DNA of 63,039 nt, counting the filler, from Hausera hauseri (taxonomy: Eukaryota): the NCBI GenBank assembly GCA_046269625.1. It is 12 parts of 12 records of this genome, joined end to end, with 100 filler letters (N's around TTAATTAATTAA, not from the genome) between each part and the next. Parts side by side here need not be neighbours in the genome. Positions count along the whole stretch, not along the records: positions 9,158 to 13,444 come from JBJURY010655664.1; positions 13,545 to 17,586 come from JBJURY010800090.1; positions 17,687 to 25,228 come from JBJURY010007790.1; 9 more parts are not named here. The stretch is one strand, 5' to 3'. Below are positions 11,380-22,966 of this stretch, in pieces. The stretch's first letter is position 1, and every line of letters begins with the position of its first letter. A program made the translations under genes and the position numbers. The notes beneath the pieces were generated by a model. The model worked only from the letters and a program-made list of their open reading frames with translations, was not told the DNA's origin and ran no database searches.

Positions 11380-12956
11380 GTGGAGACTATTCAGAATACA
11401 GTATTGTTCATATCATTTATTCATTCGATTCTGTTAATCATTCTATGTTCGATTTTGTGTTCTATATTGGGATTATTTACCATTTTCCAATATTGGAAAC
11501 CTAAAATTCCACCAACGTTAAAACGACTTCATGTCGTGAGAGGCAATTATCTCTTTGGGATTTTATTTCAAATTAAGGGTCCAACGTTTCAATACTTCTA
11601 TAACTTATCCAAGAAATATGGTTCATTATTTATGGTCCGTCTGGGAATGAGAAATGTCCTACTAATTAATGACTATAAAACGCTGAAAATTGCCATGAAA
11701 AGTCAGGGAGATAATTTTTCTGGCCGGGTAAAATCACAAATTTTTCTATTGTAACAAAATCGTCTGGAATTCTGTGGATTGATGGAGAAAAATGGGCCAC
11801 TCATCGGCTTTTCCTATTACGGATAATGAAAGATTTTGGAGTGGGTAAAGAAGTTTCCCGTGAAATCGTAGGAACAGAATGCGAACATTTGATTGGCGAT
11901 TTGCGAGAAACGAGTGGAAAGACCGTAAATTTTTTTGATTATATATCCCTATGTACAGGGAATATTATTGCGAAATTTGTCATGAATAAACAGTATTCAT
12001 TATTAGATAAAGAAGTTCAGATAATTAAAGAATACATGGAGACGGAAATACGGGCGAAGAACATTGTACATATTGTAAGCCTAATTTTCCCATTCATTGA
12101 TAATAATTATTTCCTGTCAAATGTTTTACTGAACTCTACTAGTCATTTAGCAAGAACGGATCAATTATTACATATTGTCAAAAAGCAATTGGAACTGCAC
12201 AGGATGGAATTGGAAACCCGGTCCGAATATAAAGATGTTATTGGTCAGTTCCTTTCCGAACAGAAGAGACTCAACGAACAAGGAGTTAAACATACGTTTG
12301 ATTACTGGCAGTTGATTCGATCAACCGGAGAGTTATTAGCTGCTGGATACGACACGACATCAGACACACTCATGTGGGGTATGGTTATCCTTTCGAGATA
12401 TAAAGATATTCAACAAAGAATATATGAGGAAATTATTTACCATGTGGGTTCGGAAAGACTCCCCACAATTCATGATAAAAAGAATATGCCATATACTCAA
12501 GCTGTAATGGATGAAATCCTTCGATTTAGCTCAGTAGTTCCTTTAGCCCTCCTTCATAGAAATTTCGAAGATACGAAAATCAATGGGTACTTCATTCCTA
12601 AGGACACAACAATTATTCCGAATCTTTTTGCTTGTCATCGAGATCAAAACGTTTGGGACAAGCTTTTTGAATTTTATCCCAACCACTTTTTATCAACATC
12701 TGACGATGGAACAATCCAATACACCCCACGAGAAGAACTTGTTCCGTTTGGACTTGGTAGAAGGCAGTGCCTTGGGGAAAATCTAGCAAGACTGGAGTAT
12801 TTTATTTCTTTTGGCAGTATTATCCAACGGTTTAAAGTATCTTTCACAAAGGAACTCAGTGATGATGAATACAAAGAAAGCATAGTCGGGACTGATGGTA
12901 TAATAAGAGCAACACCAATCAATGATTTCATTTTTGAAACAAGAAATTGCACATAG
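11380..12956 (+). CDS. Cytochrome P450 (clan 2), apparently intronless, with one frameshift at ~11741-11745
   Basis: N-terminal TM anchor and Pro hinge, WATHR (WxxxR), AGYDTT I-helix, EILR and PFGLGRRQCLG. Adding one T in the T5 run fuses the two ORFs. The start codon is unclear (GTG at 11380). Confidence 0.9.
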
Positions 12957-14441
12957 GTTGTGTATTAACATTGATTCTGCAGAGTTTTGCGGTCTTTAAT
13001 AAAAATTTCTGTACCAAATAAAATCTAAACTTAATTAATTTATTATATGCGAGAGGAGTTAAATATGGTAAGTTCGCGGAGAGATCATTTTTAAAATTTT
13101 GTTTAATCGAATCGGTATATAAAAATTGATTTTAGAAAATTTTGAATTTAATCATTGTGTATTAATTTGTTGTTGACATATATTTGTAGCAATCTTTTAA
13201 TTTTCTAATTAGAATTTCATATGGATCAACCAAACTATATTTTCATTAGCCTATCAAGTAGAATCTTGGACGAAAATTTTCGCAATATTTATTGAATACA
13301 TAATTTGTCTCATTGTTTTATACTACTAAATCGAAGTTTTATTTCGGATTATCCGATATTCTCGGAATGTTTTGTTCATTTCTGTACATTTTCCTTGTTT
13401 AAATACATTACTTAAATGAATTTCAATAGAATTTTAAATATTTGNNNNNNNNNNNNNNNNNNNNNNNNNNNNNNNNNNNNNNNNNNNNTTAATTAATTAA
13501 NNNNNNNNNNNNNNNNNNNNNNNNNNNNNNNNNNNNNNNNNNNNATTAAACAAAAAAGTATGACAACTGATTTAAAATCAGCAAACAGCCACGTTAAAAA
13601 ATCATCCTTTAACAATTCCAATGATGTCTAGTTGCTTCATTGCTTGATGCAATACACAGTCATCGTGAATGATCAAAGCTATCCAAGAAACGTCTGAATT
13701 ATGATTAAAAAATTCGGAATATGAAGCCTTACAAGGAGACAAAAATAAAAAAAAAAACCTACGTTGCGATCTCAATTTCTTCATCAGGAACAACGAAAAT
13801 AAAAGACACGTAAGAAAACAAACTGTATAACTACATGTTATTTGTATGTGAGATTCACGTGGTATATACCAAATAATATGATAAAAGCATATTACTAGAA
13901 CAACAATCAAACATGTATGTTGTTAAATACACTATTGATGAAGAGACAAAGTTTCCGAATTCGCCTTACAACTGTCGTCCAGAACTGAAGCGCTTGGATA
14001 GAAGCAAAACTACAACTAAAACAACTAGACCCCTTATTAACAAATTCACTGCTAATTAGAACTTTAGAGTACAACAAAACAAGTTATCTTCTGGCTATAG
14101 CATCTATCACCCGGGAATTCAGGTGGTCGTTATTGCTACTTGCTAGCAGAACATTGGTAAAAACATAAATACCCAATACATTCATTAGTCATAAAAGACT
14201 CACATCACCAGACCACTGTTATATTAGTGGGTAGCAGTGATTAGTGAACGTGTTAAAATACCATATTCCAGACTAACCGGTAACCTAGCGGTGAGCAGTT
14301 AGACTGACATTGCTTGCTATAAAACGCGAAAATAGAAGCCAGGTACAATGAAGCGAACACTAATGAACAGAGTAACAGTAACCCAAGTGTGATAAAAGAG
14401 AGGTAAAATCGTGTAGACAAAGGAGTAGATAAGATGAGATC

Positions 14442-14749
14442 TTTATTTTACCCAGGTTGAGAAATAGCCAGTATTGCCTGTTTACATTTCTGCCCCAGGG
14501 CAGATTTTTCCTTTAATTTTACCCGGACAGCGACCGTTAGGCCTACTCTTTTTCGATTTCCAAATGCCAAGGTATTTTTAACGTGCACGACAATGTACAC
14601 GGACATCCGATCTCACTACCCAGAGATCAGGGGGATTTTTACTAGAAGAACCAGGAGAAAAAATCCCAAGTGCTTCCACCGAGATTCGAACCCCGTGCGT
14701 CTAGCACTCGATCGAACGGCCTCAAGAACACTGAGCCCCGAAACGGGGC
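14442..14749 (-). mobile_element. tRNA-derived SINE with Deu/Nin-like central domain
   Basis: Minus strand shows an A-box-like GGGGCTCAGTG and B-box GGTTCGAATC, then GCACGTTAAAATACCTTGGCATTT..TCGAAAAAGAGTAGG..TGTCCGGGTAAAATT resembling the Deu/Nin core as I recall it, and an AT-rich tail. Confidence 0.65.
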
Positions 14750-14929
14750 ATTCAAGTAGCACTATTGCACTCAAAGTCTGACAAGTAGATACTCTGTGTT
14801 TATCGCTTCCTGTTTAACGTTCTGCCGGGCAACAAATATTGAGGATCAAGACAAGAGTTTTTGTAATTTGCTGTAATTTAGGTCAGCTTTTCTTGTTACT
14901 GAAGGTGGTTAATAATGATCGTTAAACAT

Positions 14930-15530
14930 TGTTTTACAGTTTAAAGGACCCATTCAGGCAATTTTGAACACTTCCTTATAAATATTGGCCAGCTGTAGCA
15001 GTCCTTAGTGGTTCAACTTCAAACAGCTCGTCAGGATGCAGAAAGTATGATCAGTTCCTTCAGTGTATAGATGCGACTGGTCTTTGTTTTATGTGTCAAT
15101 TTGCTTATAGGATGCAAGTAAATACCACGGAAATGTCTTGTCAGATTCAAGTAGTTAGTTACTCTCACAAAATTTGTGAAATAACAGCCCTTACTCATAG
15201 ATATAGTTTCTGTGTCACTTACAATCCTTAACTAAGTCTGCATCAGAAAAAAAAGATGTTACGTTTCCCAATATTTTACTCAACTTAAAACTCGCCTCTG
15301 CTGCATTTTCTTGAATGTTTGTCCGTTTTTCAAAAACGTGTTATTGTTCCTAACTTCTCATAAAGTCGTTGATAAATTACTTCTAAAGCTAGTGTGTTTA
15401 TTCTATAAACGGCTCTCTAAATTATACTCTTTAAACAAGCAGCTGCATTGTGACGACAGAGTAGGCACATAGCTTTACTCTCAACGTTCCTGAAAAAAAT
15501 AGAAATGGATTTACTCATCCATTGCATGAG
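14930..15530 (-). mobile_element. hAT (SPIN/GTF2IRD2-like) transposase remnant
   Basis: FFRNVESKAMCLLCR...KEYN...NKH resembles the N-terminal zinc finger of SPIN-type hAT transposases. Heavily decayed. Confidence 0.45.
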
Positions 15531-17939
15531 TAGTATAGGCTTGCACGTTTCAAGTAGCATTGGTATCGATTTTCTGGAGGAGTAAAGGGGCCAAAGAAGG
15601 AAAAATTCGCTGGACGAGGAACATGGGTTATATAACAAAAAACTGCCTCCTCCAACAGTAAGGTTTTGTTGTTAGATACCTTATTTTCCTGCTACGTAAG
15701 CCTTTTTATGTAGTTAGATTCTTTATTTTTCTGCAAAGTAAGCATTTTTTATGTAGTTAGATTCTTTGTTTTTCTTTATTTTCTTTTCATCTTTCCTAAT
15801 TAGGGGCTGTTTTCTTGTAAGGTTCCTTTATTTTTTGCCAAAGGAGTCGTAACCTCAGTCGTGCTGACCACCACCACCTTCTTAGGAACCTAAGTCCTAC
15901 GTCCATGTTTCCCATAGAAGTGTAAGTAAGGAGTTCCCCTAGTAACCGGGGCCCTGGCGTGCTGCTCGCTTATAGGGGCCGGCCGGGTTCCAAAGCACCT
16001 TGCACCCCCGGTCGCTTCCCTAGAAGATCATCGGCGCGTTTCTAGCAACGTAAGACAGTCCGCAATCTTCCCTTCAGCAGGGGCGTTCCAGAGGAGTTTC
16101 TCAGGCTGCCTCCCTTAAAGGGGCTCTGGGGAACTGAGGTGTAGTTAAGCTCTTAAAGAGGAGGTGTTGTACCAGGATGGTTGCCCAGGGTGCCCCCTTA
16201 AAGGGTCTCTGGCTACACCCTTCACTATCTTCTTATGGTGCGGGCGGCCTCCTTATCAGTTGGGCGGCTTCCTTATAGTGGGGTTCCAAAGTACCTTGCA
16301 TCCTCGATCGCTTCCATAGAAGATCATCGTTTTTCGTGGCGCGTTTCTAGAGACATAAGACAGTCCGCCACCTTTCCTTCAGCAGGGGCGTTCCAGAGGT
16401 TTTTTCATAGTACTGCACCATCGGTTATGTTGTTAGAGGAGTTTCCCACGTCAGAGATGTTTGTGTTTTGTAAAGAGCCGGATTAAGACAGAGAAGTGTC
16501 CGCCATATTTCCTTCAGCATGTAATTAGTTGTGTTTTAGCTTGGTAAGAGGAGGAAGGCACCAGGGGTGTAATAGGAAAAGACGAAGAAGGAGAGTACGT
16601 CCAGGATGTTAGAGGATCTCGTAGGTGGTAGTTTTTCATAGTAGTCATTAGATGCTTAGAACCTGGTTAAGACTGGGGTGTCGGCCTTTGATCCATGCTC
16701 AGGTTGTTGTTAGAGTATCTCTTAGGTGTGGAGAAGACGAGGGAGGAGAAGGATAAGTGGAGGATATGTATACACATTTACAACATGTATAAGAAGTAAC
16801 GAAACTCGCTGATATTTTCAATTTTTATTTTTCACTAAGGTACAATAGGCAATATTTAATAATCGAGCACATTAAGATTTTTGCCGCGAAACACCAGGTT
16901 CGTGTTTACAACATCGATATTTCCAAAATTAAAATTTACCGCGCGCTTGATCCTATCGATTTTTACATCATTTGCACAGTGCCTCAGCAGAATGGTTTTA
17001 GTATATGAGAGGATACTATGAATGTTTGTTGCAGTCGTCCTATATCATTTGCATACTACAGGCGGGCAGAAAGTAAGTAAATGTGATAAAGGATCATAGT
17101 CACTATAAAGACCTTAGAGGGTTGTTGATTTAGTGTCCAGACTTTTCCTTACCCACCAGCGCACAATTGGGTTACGTTGTCAGCGTAATGCAAGGCTGCC
17201 TTTACTTTCCCGTAGAAAATCACCAATGCTTACGTTTTGAGTTTGGGTGGAACATGCAGCCGTTCTCGTGGATAGCACTCAATCTGCAAAAGCTGAAACT
17301 GAACTCACAATCATGCAGTTTGAAAGCAAGCGCATGTATGCAACAGTAGTATATTATGCGCCATCGAAGTCGGGGATGGGTAACGGGGATCACCTTTGGG
17401 AAATTTTTATAAGGGCTAGATCACTCTTGCATATTTTTTTTAATTAGGCAATTATGTAATTCTGTTTTTTAATTAGGTAATTATGAAATTGTGTTTTGCA
17501 AAATTTTATTTTTTATTTAGATTTATGAGTGCCTACATGGAAGGATGTCGACATGGAAATATGCCAAATGAAGGATTTTGACATGANNNNNNNNNNNNNN
17601 NNNNNNNNNNNNNNNNNNNNNNNNNNNNNNTTAATTAATTAANNNNNNNNNNNNNNNNNNNNNNNNNNNNNNNNNNNNNNNNNNNNATGGCGTTCATTTT
17701 TTTATATGAAAACATGCCATTATTTTTAGTAAGTCTTAATTTTTATTTTACTTACAGACCGGGAATTTGTATTTTGATTTCATTTGTTATGAAAATCCAA
17801 ATCATAAGCTTTCCAATGGTGCTTTTTGTGATTGGTTCCCCACAAAGGAATGTGACCCATATTTTGAAATATGCATAAGCAATAACTATATATCAAATGA
17901 TTTTAATGAAGCTGAGTAAGTCAAGTTTATTGTTTTGTT

Positions 17940-18370
17940 CTAATTCTTATGAAACAATTTGGTTTGCCACTTGGACAAAACGTGATAGTTGACAACAATT
18001 AATGTTGCAATAAGTATGTTGGGGATTCAATTTACGCAAAATATTTATTATTCACACATTCATCCAAACATTTACAATTAATTATTTTGTGGGAACATCA
18101 TGGTACTGAATGAACTGTTATTCTGTTGTCATATTGTTTTGAGATTTATCTGAAAGCAACACCCTCCCATACTCTGTCTATTTACCGAATGTGGTTCACA
18201 TCAAATTTTTGAAGTACTTCTACCGAAAACTACTTCTATTGGACTTATTCCGATTGTACTTTGAACTGTTGAGTTGATTCTAAATTCTACTACTCGCACA
18301 TTTGTAGCCCAACGTGAATATCGACCATCTGACAATATTGCCGTTTTATATTTTCTAATTGTTCTTCTGC
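17940..18370 (-). mobile_element. Integrase C-terminal remnant (Ginger/KRBA2-like)
   Basis: WATNVRVVEFRINSTVQSTIGISPIEVVFGR, followed in another frame by a Cys-rich CKCLDECVNNK segment. Confidence 0.5.
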
Positions 18371-18374
18371 CTTC

Positions 18375-18720
18375 TCAATTCCCAATAGAAATGTGTACAA
18401 AACCGAATGATAAAAATATCCTTTCCATACCTGCTGGTGAAGAAACTGTGGATAGTAACTGGAGCGCCATATTAACGTGCTTTTCACCGAGGTTTGGTTG
18501 AACAGTTTTCGGACAATTTCTGTCGTCCACCTGTTGTATGTAACACTTGATCGGAAAACATACATACATGAAATGGTGATGTTTTTGCCAGAAGATTTAT
18601 TACAATTGGCAAAAACTCCGATTTTGTCTGACAAAGCCACTGCATGCCGCAGTCGTTTTCTATTTGGTTCAACCGTCACTCCATATACTTTGAGTGAGTC
18701 GTATTTGCAGTACTAATAGA
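18375..18720 (-). mobile_element. hAT transposase C-terminal dimerisation domain remnant
   Basis: ALQLLSTVSSPAGMERIFLSFGFVH matches the hAT SSxxxERxFS motif. The upstream segment LANTTHSKY resembles hAT LANxLHPKY. Confidence 0.7.
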
Positions 18721-18853
18721 CAAATCATGCTGAGTTTCAATATCCGTACAACACATTTGGGATAGAGTAAATTTATCCAGTTCACTTCTGAGATCCTCCC
18801 TAATTTTATCAGCAGCAGCAATGAAGCACTTATTTTTTGCATTCGGTTGAGTA

Positions 18854-21800
18854 CGGGCTGCGCGAAGTATTTAAGAACAAATTATAATTTTAGGAAAAAT
18901 AAAGATATTCAATAGAAAAACCAATGTATTTCTATAAAAATTGATACACGTTTTTACCTATGTATAGTAAAAAGTTATTCTATAAAACCGCCTTCAGCTT
19001 CACTGACAGCCTCGATACGGCTTCGGAATTGACTGCATGCTTGGATCAGGTGGTTTTCATTCACGTTGGCCATAACGTCCACAATGACAGCCTTCAACGA
19101 GTTATTGGTATTATGGGGCCACTGGTTGGTGTCCCTGTCAACAATACCTCACATGTAGTAGTCCATAGGTTCAAATCTGGAGAGCTAAGAGGCCACATGT
19201 TAGGGATTACATGATCGTGAAAATTCTCTGCCAGCCACTCTGGGTCGCATAGGCTGTACGTGAGGGAACAGAATCTTGTTCGAGCATCTACGGCCTCCCC
19301 AAGGCCACCCCATCTATCTAAGGATTCTATCCAGCGCCTCGATGTAGGCGGTGGTATTGACCCTAATGCTCTACTGGAAGAACTGGGCGGTATAACATGA
19401 CCCTCGTTACTCAACCCCCAGGAACATCACAGATGACGGGAACGTAACGTGCATAACTATGGGGACTTCTGTGGAGCTCGCGCAGAGCCACCTTTCATTT
19501 CTTCTATTTACCACCTGTCATTTCTGCTTGTGCTTCTTCAAAAAGTGCTTTGACCGGATCACAAGGATCTCTCGGGTCTCCTCATCACGTAAGATTTGTA
19601 CCTGGTGTCCTCGTGCACCGCAAGCCTTATAGTGGACTCTGCCACCTGCAGCTGATTATCAATGGCCTTTATCGATTTGCTGGGGTCGTCAGTGATGAGT
19701 TCCTGGTCCAGCTTGACGAACTCGGCCGTCCCTAAGACGTCTGACCACTGTTAAGTTTACCTAACTAAGTCTAACCCGAAATACCAAAGAGAATTAAATT
19801 TCAAAAAATGAAATCAGTTCGAATCTAAAAATCAATCAATCCGAATCGGACCGAAAAACAAGTTGCTAAATGACATTTGTATATATTCAAAACCGAAATT
19901 CAAATCCGAAATCTCAAATAGAGAATCAAAATCCCAAATTATAATTTAGTCTGAGCTCAGAAAATTCGAATAAGAAACAATAACATTTGTGATAATATTT
20001 CAAGATCTAAAAACAACAATTTGAACAATAACAAATTTGTGATTTGAAACCCTGCAATACAGCAAATTGACTACGACAATTGTGTATATTTGTTTATAAT
20101 TAATAAATGTTCGTATAAATGTCTTTCTCTTTTGTTGTGTTAAACTCCTTGACGGATGTCTCCACCATTCCTGTATATTGTACAAATGTTAACCAAGGCG
20201 GCTAAAGTAATAATTAAAATAACCAGTAAAGTAAAAGATGAGTATAATGGATAAGTGTCAGTACATAATTTTAACATCATGAGAACCTCTGTGAATTCTG
20301 AGACGTGTACTCAAGACTGCATATATTTGAGCAAAATAACTTGTTATCCAAATGTATTATAAAATTGTCATGTTTTAAATGCAAATAAACTTGCGAAACT
20401 TTCAAAGATGGAGAAGCTAGATATATTTTAGGATCTGGAATACTTATTTTCAAACTGTGTTTGAAATAGTACAAATATATAGAAATTTGGGATGAAATAT
20501 TGAGTTTGATGGAATCAACAATGTTTAGTAATGAAGTGCAAATGCGAAAGGACATTGCTTTCCATAATTGTCAATCAGTTTTGGTAATTGGTTTGTGATA
20601 TTTCCAACTACATTGGATATACGAAAAAACAATTTTAGATTAGATAATGGAAATCCCGAACTCATGAAGAATGCCCGAGAAACAATTTTAAAATTTTAAA
20701 CTTTTATCTTGAATGCACGTACAGAAACCCGAGAATCAATTATAAAGTGACGGAAATGGATTCCGGTAATTACTTCTTTGAGCAGTATATAAATTGCTGT
20801 CAAAAACAAAAAAAATGTCCGATATAATTTTCGTACGACGATTTCAATTGCGCAGAAGTCAAAACCGAAATCGAACTCCAATTATTATCAAAGTTATGTC
20901 GGATAACATTGATAATAAATTTTATTATAACGAAAAGGAAGGCAATAACTATACCATTTTTCCCGAGACATTAATTGTTACACAAAGTTCAACAGTCGTA
21001 ACGACAACTCTTCTAGAAGGTTTACAAAAACGTTGACATACCAATTCAATTACTTTAGAAGATTTTCTTGTAATTACTGGATGAATATTTACTCGATTTC
21101 AAACCCTTACAGTGAATTTGCCATTGACGAAAATTCAATTCAACTTCATCTTCCACGATTATTATTGCAGTTAAAAACGAAACGCATACTCGGAGCTTAT
21201 CAGAGGAAAACCTCACCAATATCTGGAATCAAGAAATTAGCATCATGAACAATCAAAATAAAAATGCCAAAATGAGACGAGAATGGAAAATAATTCGGTT
21301 AAAAATTTTGAGCTATCATTATACAAATTATTAAATTAGTAATTATATAATAAAACAGGTCGCTTTTTTCTTTTGTATTTTTTGAATTTAATGAATTTTG
21401 TTTACCTAAAATTTTTTGTTGATTTGTTTCGATAAATATACCATTACACGAATTAGAAGATTAATTGTTAAATGATGATAAGATTGAAGACAGGTCGCAC
21501 TTTTGTGGTTGATTTGCTTCGATTCGTGATCGTTGGGCATATGTGCAGGTGATCATGCAGTGTCACCGGACCACCGCTAAGAACTCTCGATAAATCACTA
21601 AAATGTTGACAATGAACAAACAAACGTCCAACATCACTGAGAATGCTTCCTTCTCTTGGTCACAAATGAAATGTCCTCGCCATTTTCCCATAGCTGGTTT
21701 CTTGCGCAAAGGATCTGGCTACCTTCAAGATGGTGGCAATCTCCGAGTAGCTGTGGTTGGCGGCTAAGGCAACGAGAACAGCATGCCTTTCCATTTCCTG

Positions 21801-21897
21801 TCAGATTGGAAGCTGCCATGCTGGGGCATTGAATATCTAACTGAATATCTTTATTTTTTCTTATTATAATTTGTTCTCAAATACCTCGCGCACCCTA
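18854..21897 (-). mobile_element. Tc1/mariner-superfamily transposon, full length but decayed, interrupted by a 1.9-kb insertion
   Basis: ~35-bp TIRs (TA|CGGGCTGCGCGAAGTATTTAAGAACAAATTATAAT and TA|TAGGGTGCGCGAGGTATTTGAGAACAAATTATAAT) flanked by TA. Transposase N-terminus at 21634-21820 and catalytic part at 18960-19748 (WPLSSPDLN). Confidence 0.88.
19749..21633. mobile_element. TGTT...AACA-bounded insertion (long solo LTR or non-autonomous Ginger-like element)
   Basis: Splits the mariner ORF between KHSQ and WSDVLGTAEFV. Flanked by CCAC/TCAC, a 4-bp TSD with one mismatch. Confidence 0.7.
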
Positions 21898-22700
21898 TAT
21901 TTACTATGCATGCTCACATTTAAAATTTTACTCATTACGAAAGTGAAATATGTCAATGTTTCAAACTAACTTATTCGCCACTAATCACGTTAAGTAATTT
22001 TACCGCCCTGAAATTTTCCATGTTCTACAAGTACAAAATTTTATGCTAATTAATAATATGAAACAAATTTTTGCAAACAAAGCTAAGATATGCAATATGG
22101 GATTCTAAATGTTACGTCATGTCAAACGTCTTTAATTTTCCCCCTTACATGAAGAGGAATTTTGGAATTTCATAAATTTTTCGTTTCCTTTTTTAACCAA
22201 TATTTTTCTAAGATTGGGTTTCTAGTCTGTCATTCATGTTATTTCAAAATACAATGTATTCGTATTATCATCAGTTACATCTAATATTTCTTCCTTCTTG
22301 TGGTGGCGGTGGACATTGCGGCACTCTGGCGTTTCGGCCCGACACAATTGGCCGCGTTAGCTCTGCCCCGATTATGCCGTTTGTCAGGGGTTCGGTCTCT
22401 CTTCGGAGAATTTTGACTCCAATTGTAAAAACGTTTCCAAATGAACTCTATTCCTACTCAGCAATATTTAATCTGTCAATTAATGAAAATCAGCCGAAAA
22501 ATTAAAGTTAACAACAAAACCTTCAATTCCCAAAAATGATGGCAAATATCAATCAGATACGGAATTATTGAAAATCGAAAAGCCCTTCATTGTAAATGGA
22601 ATATTGGTATTTAAAAAGACATTAAATTTAATCAAAGAATTTCAAAATATCCTTAGGATCCAACCAAATATATTCGTTAATCGAAATCAAACATCAAAAT

Positions 22701-22966
22701 AGTAGGAAAATGCCGATTCTATCACCCCTACCCCAATTGTGTCACTTCCGGTTAAATTGTCGTTTTCGGTCGAATTGCGCCACTTCCGGTCCAATTTGCG
22801 TAACTTGCGGTCAAATTTTGCGTAATTCTGGTATATTTTACGCAATGCTGCAGAAATTGCGCAGTCCATTATGTACTCATGCGAAAATTTAGAACAAGAC
22901 GCAATTTAACCAGAAGTGATGCAACTGCGGGAGGTGTATGTGTGACAAAACCGGCATTTCCCTACT
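22701..22966. mobile_element. MITE-like foldback element (~265 bp)
   Basis: ~65-bp imperfect TIRs (AGTAGGAAAATGCCGATT... / ...AACCGGCATTTCCCTACT) with internal ~21-bp sub-repeats (CACTTCCGGTxAATT). Confidence 0.7.

Noticed and set aside
14660-14749. tRNA gene
   Set aside because: A and B boxes are present but I cannot fold a convincing cloverleaf, and the sequence continues into a SINE body.
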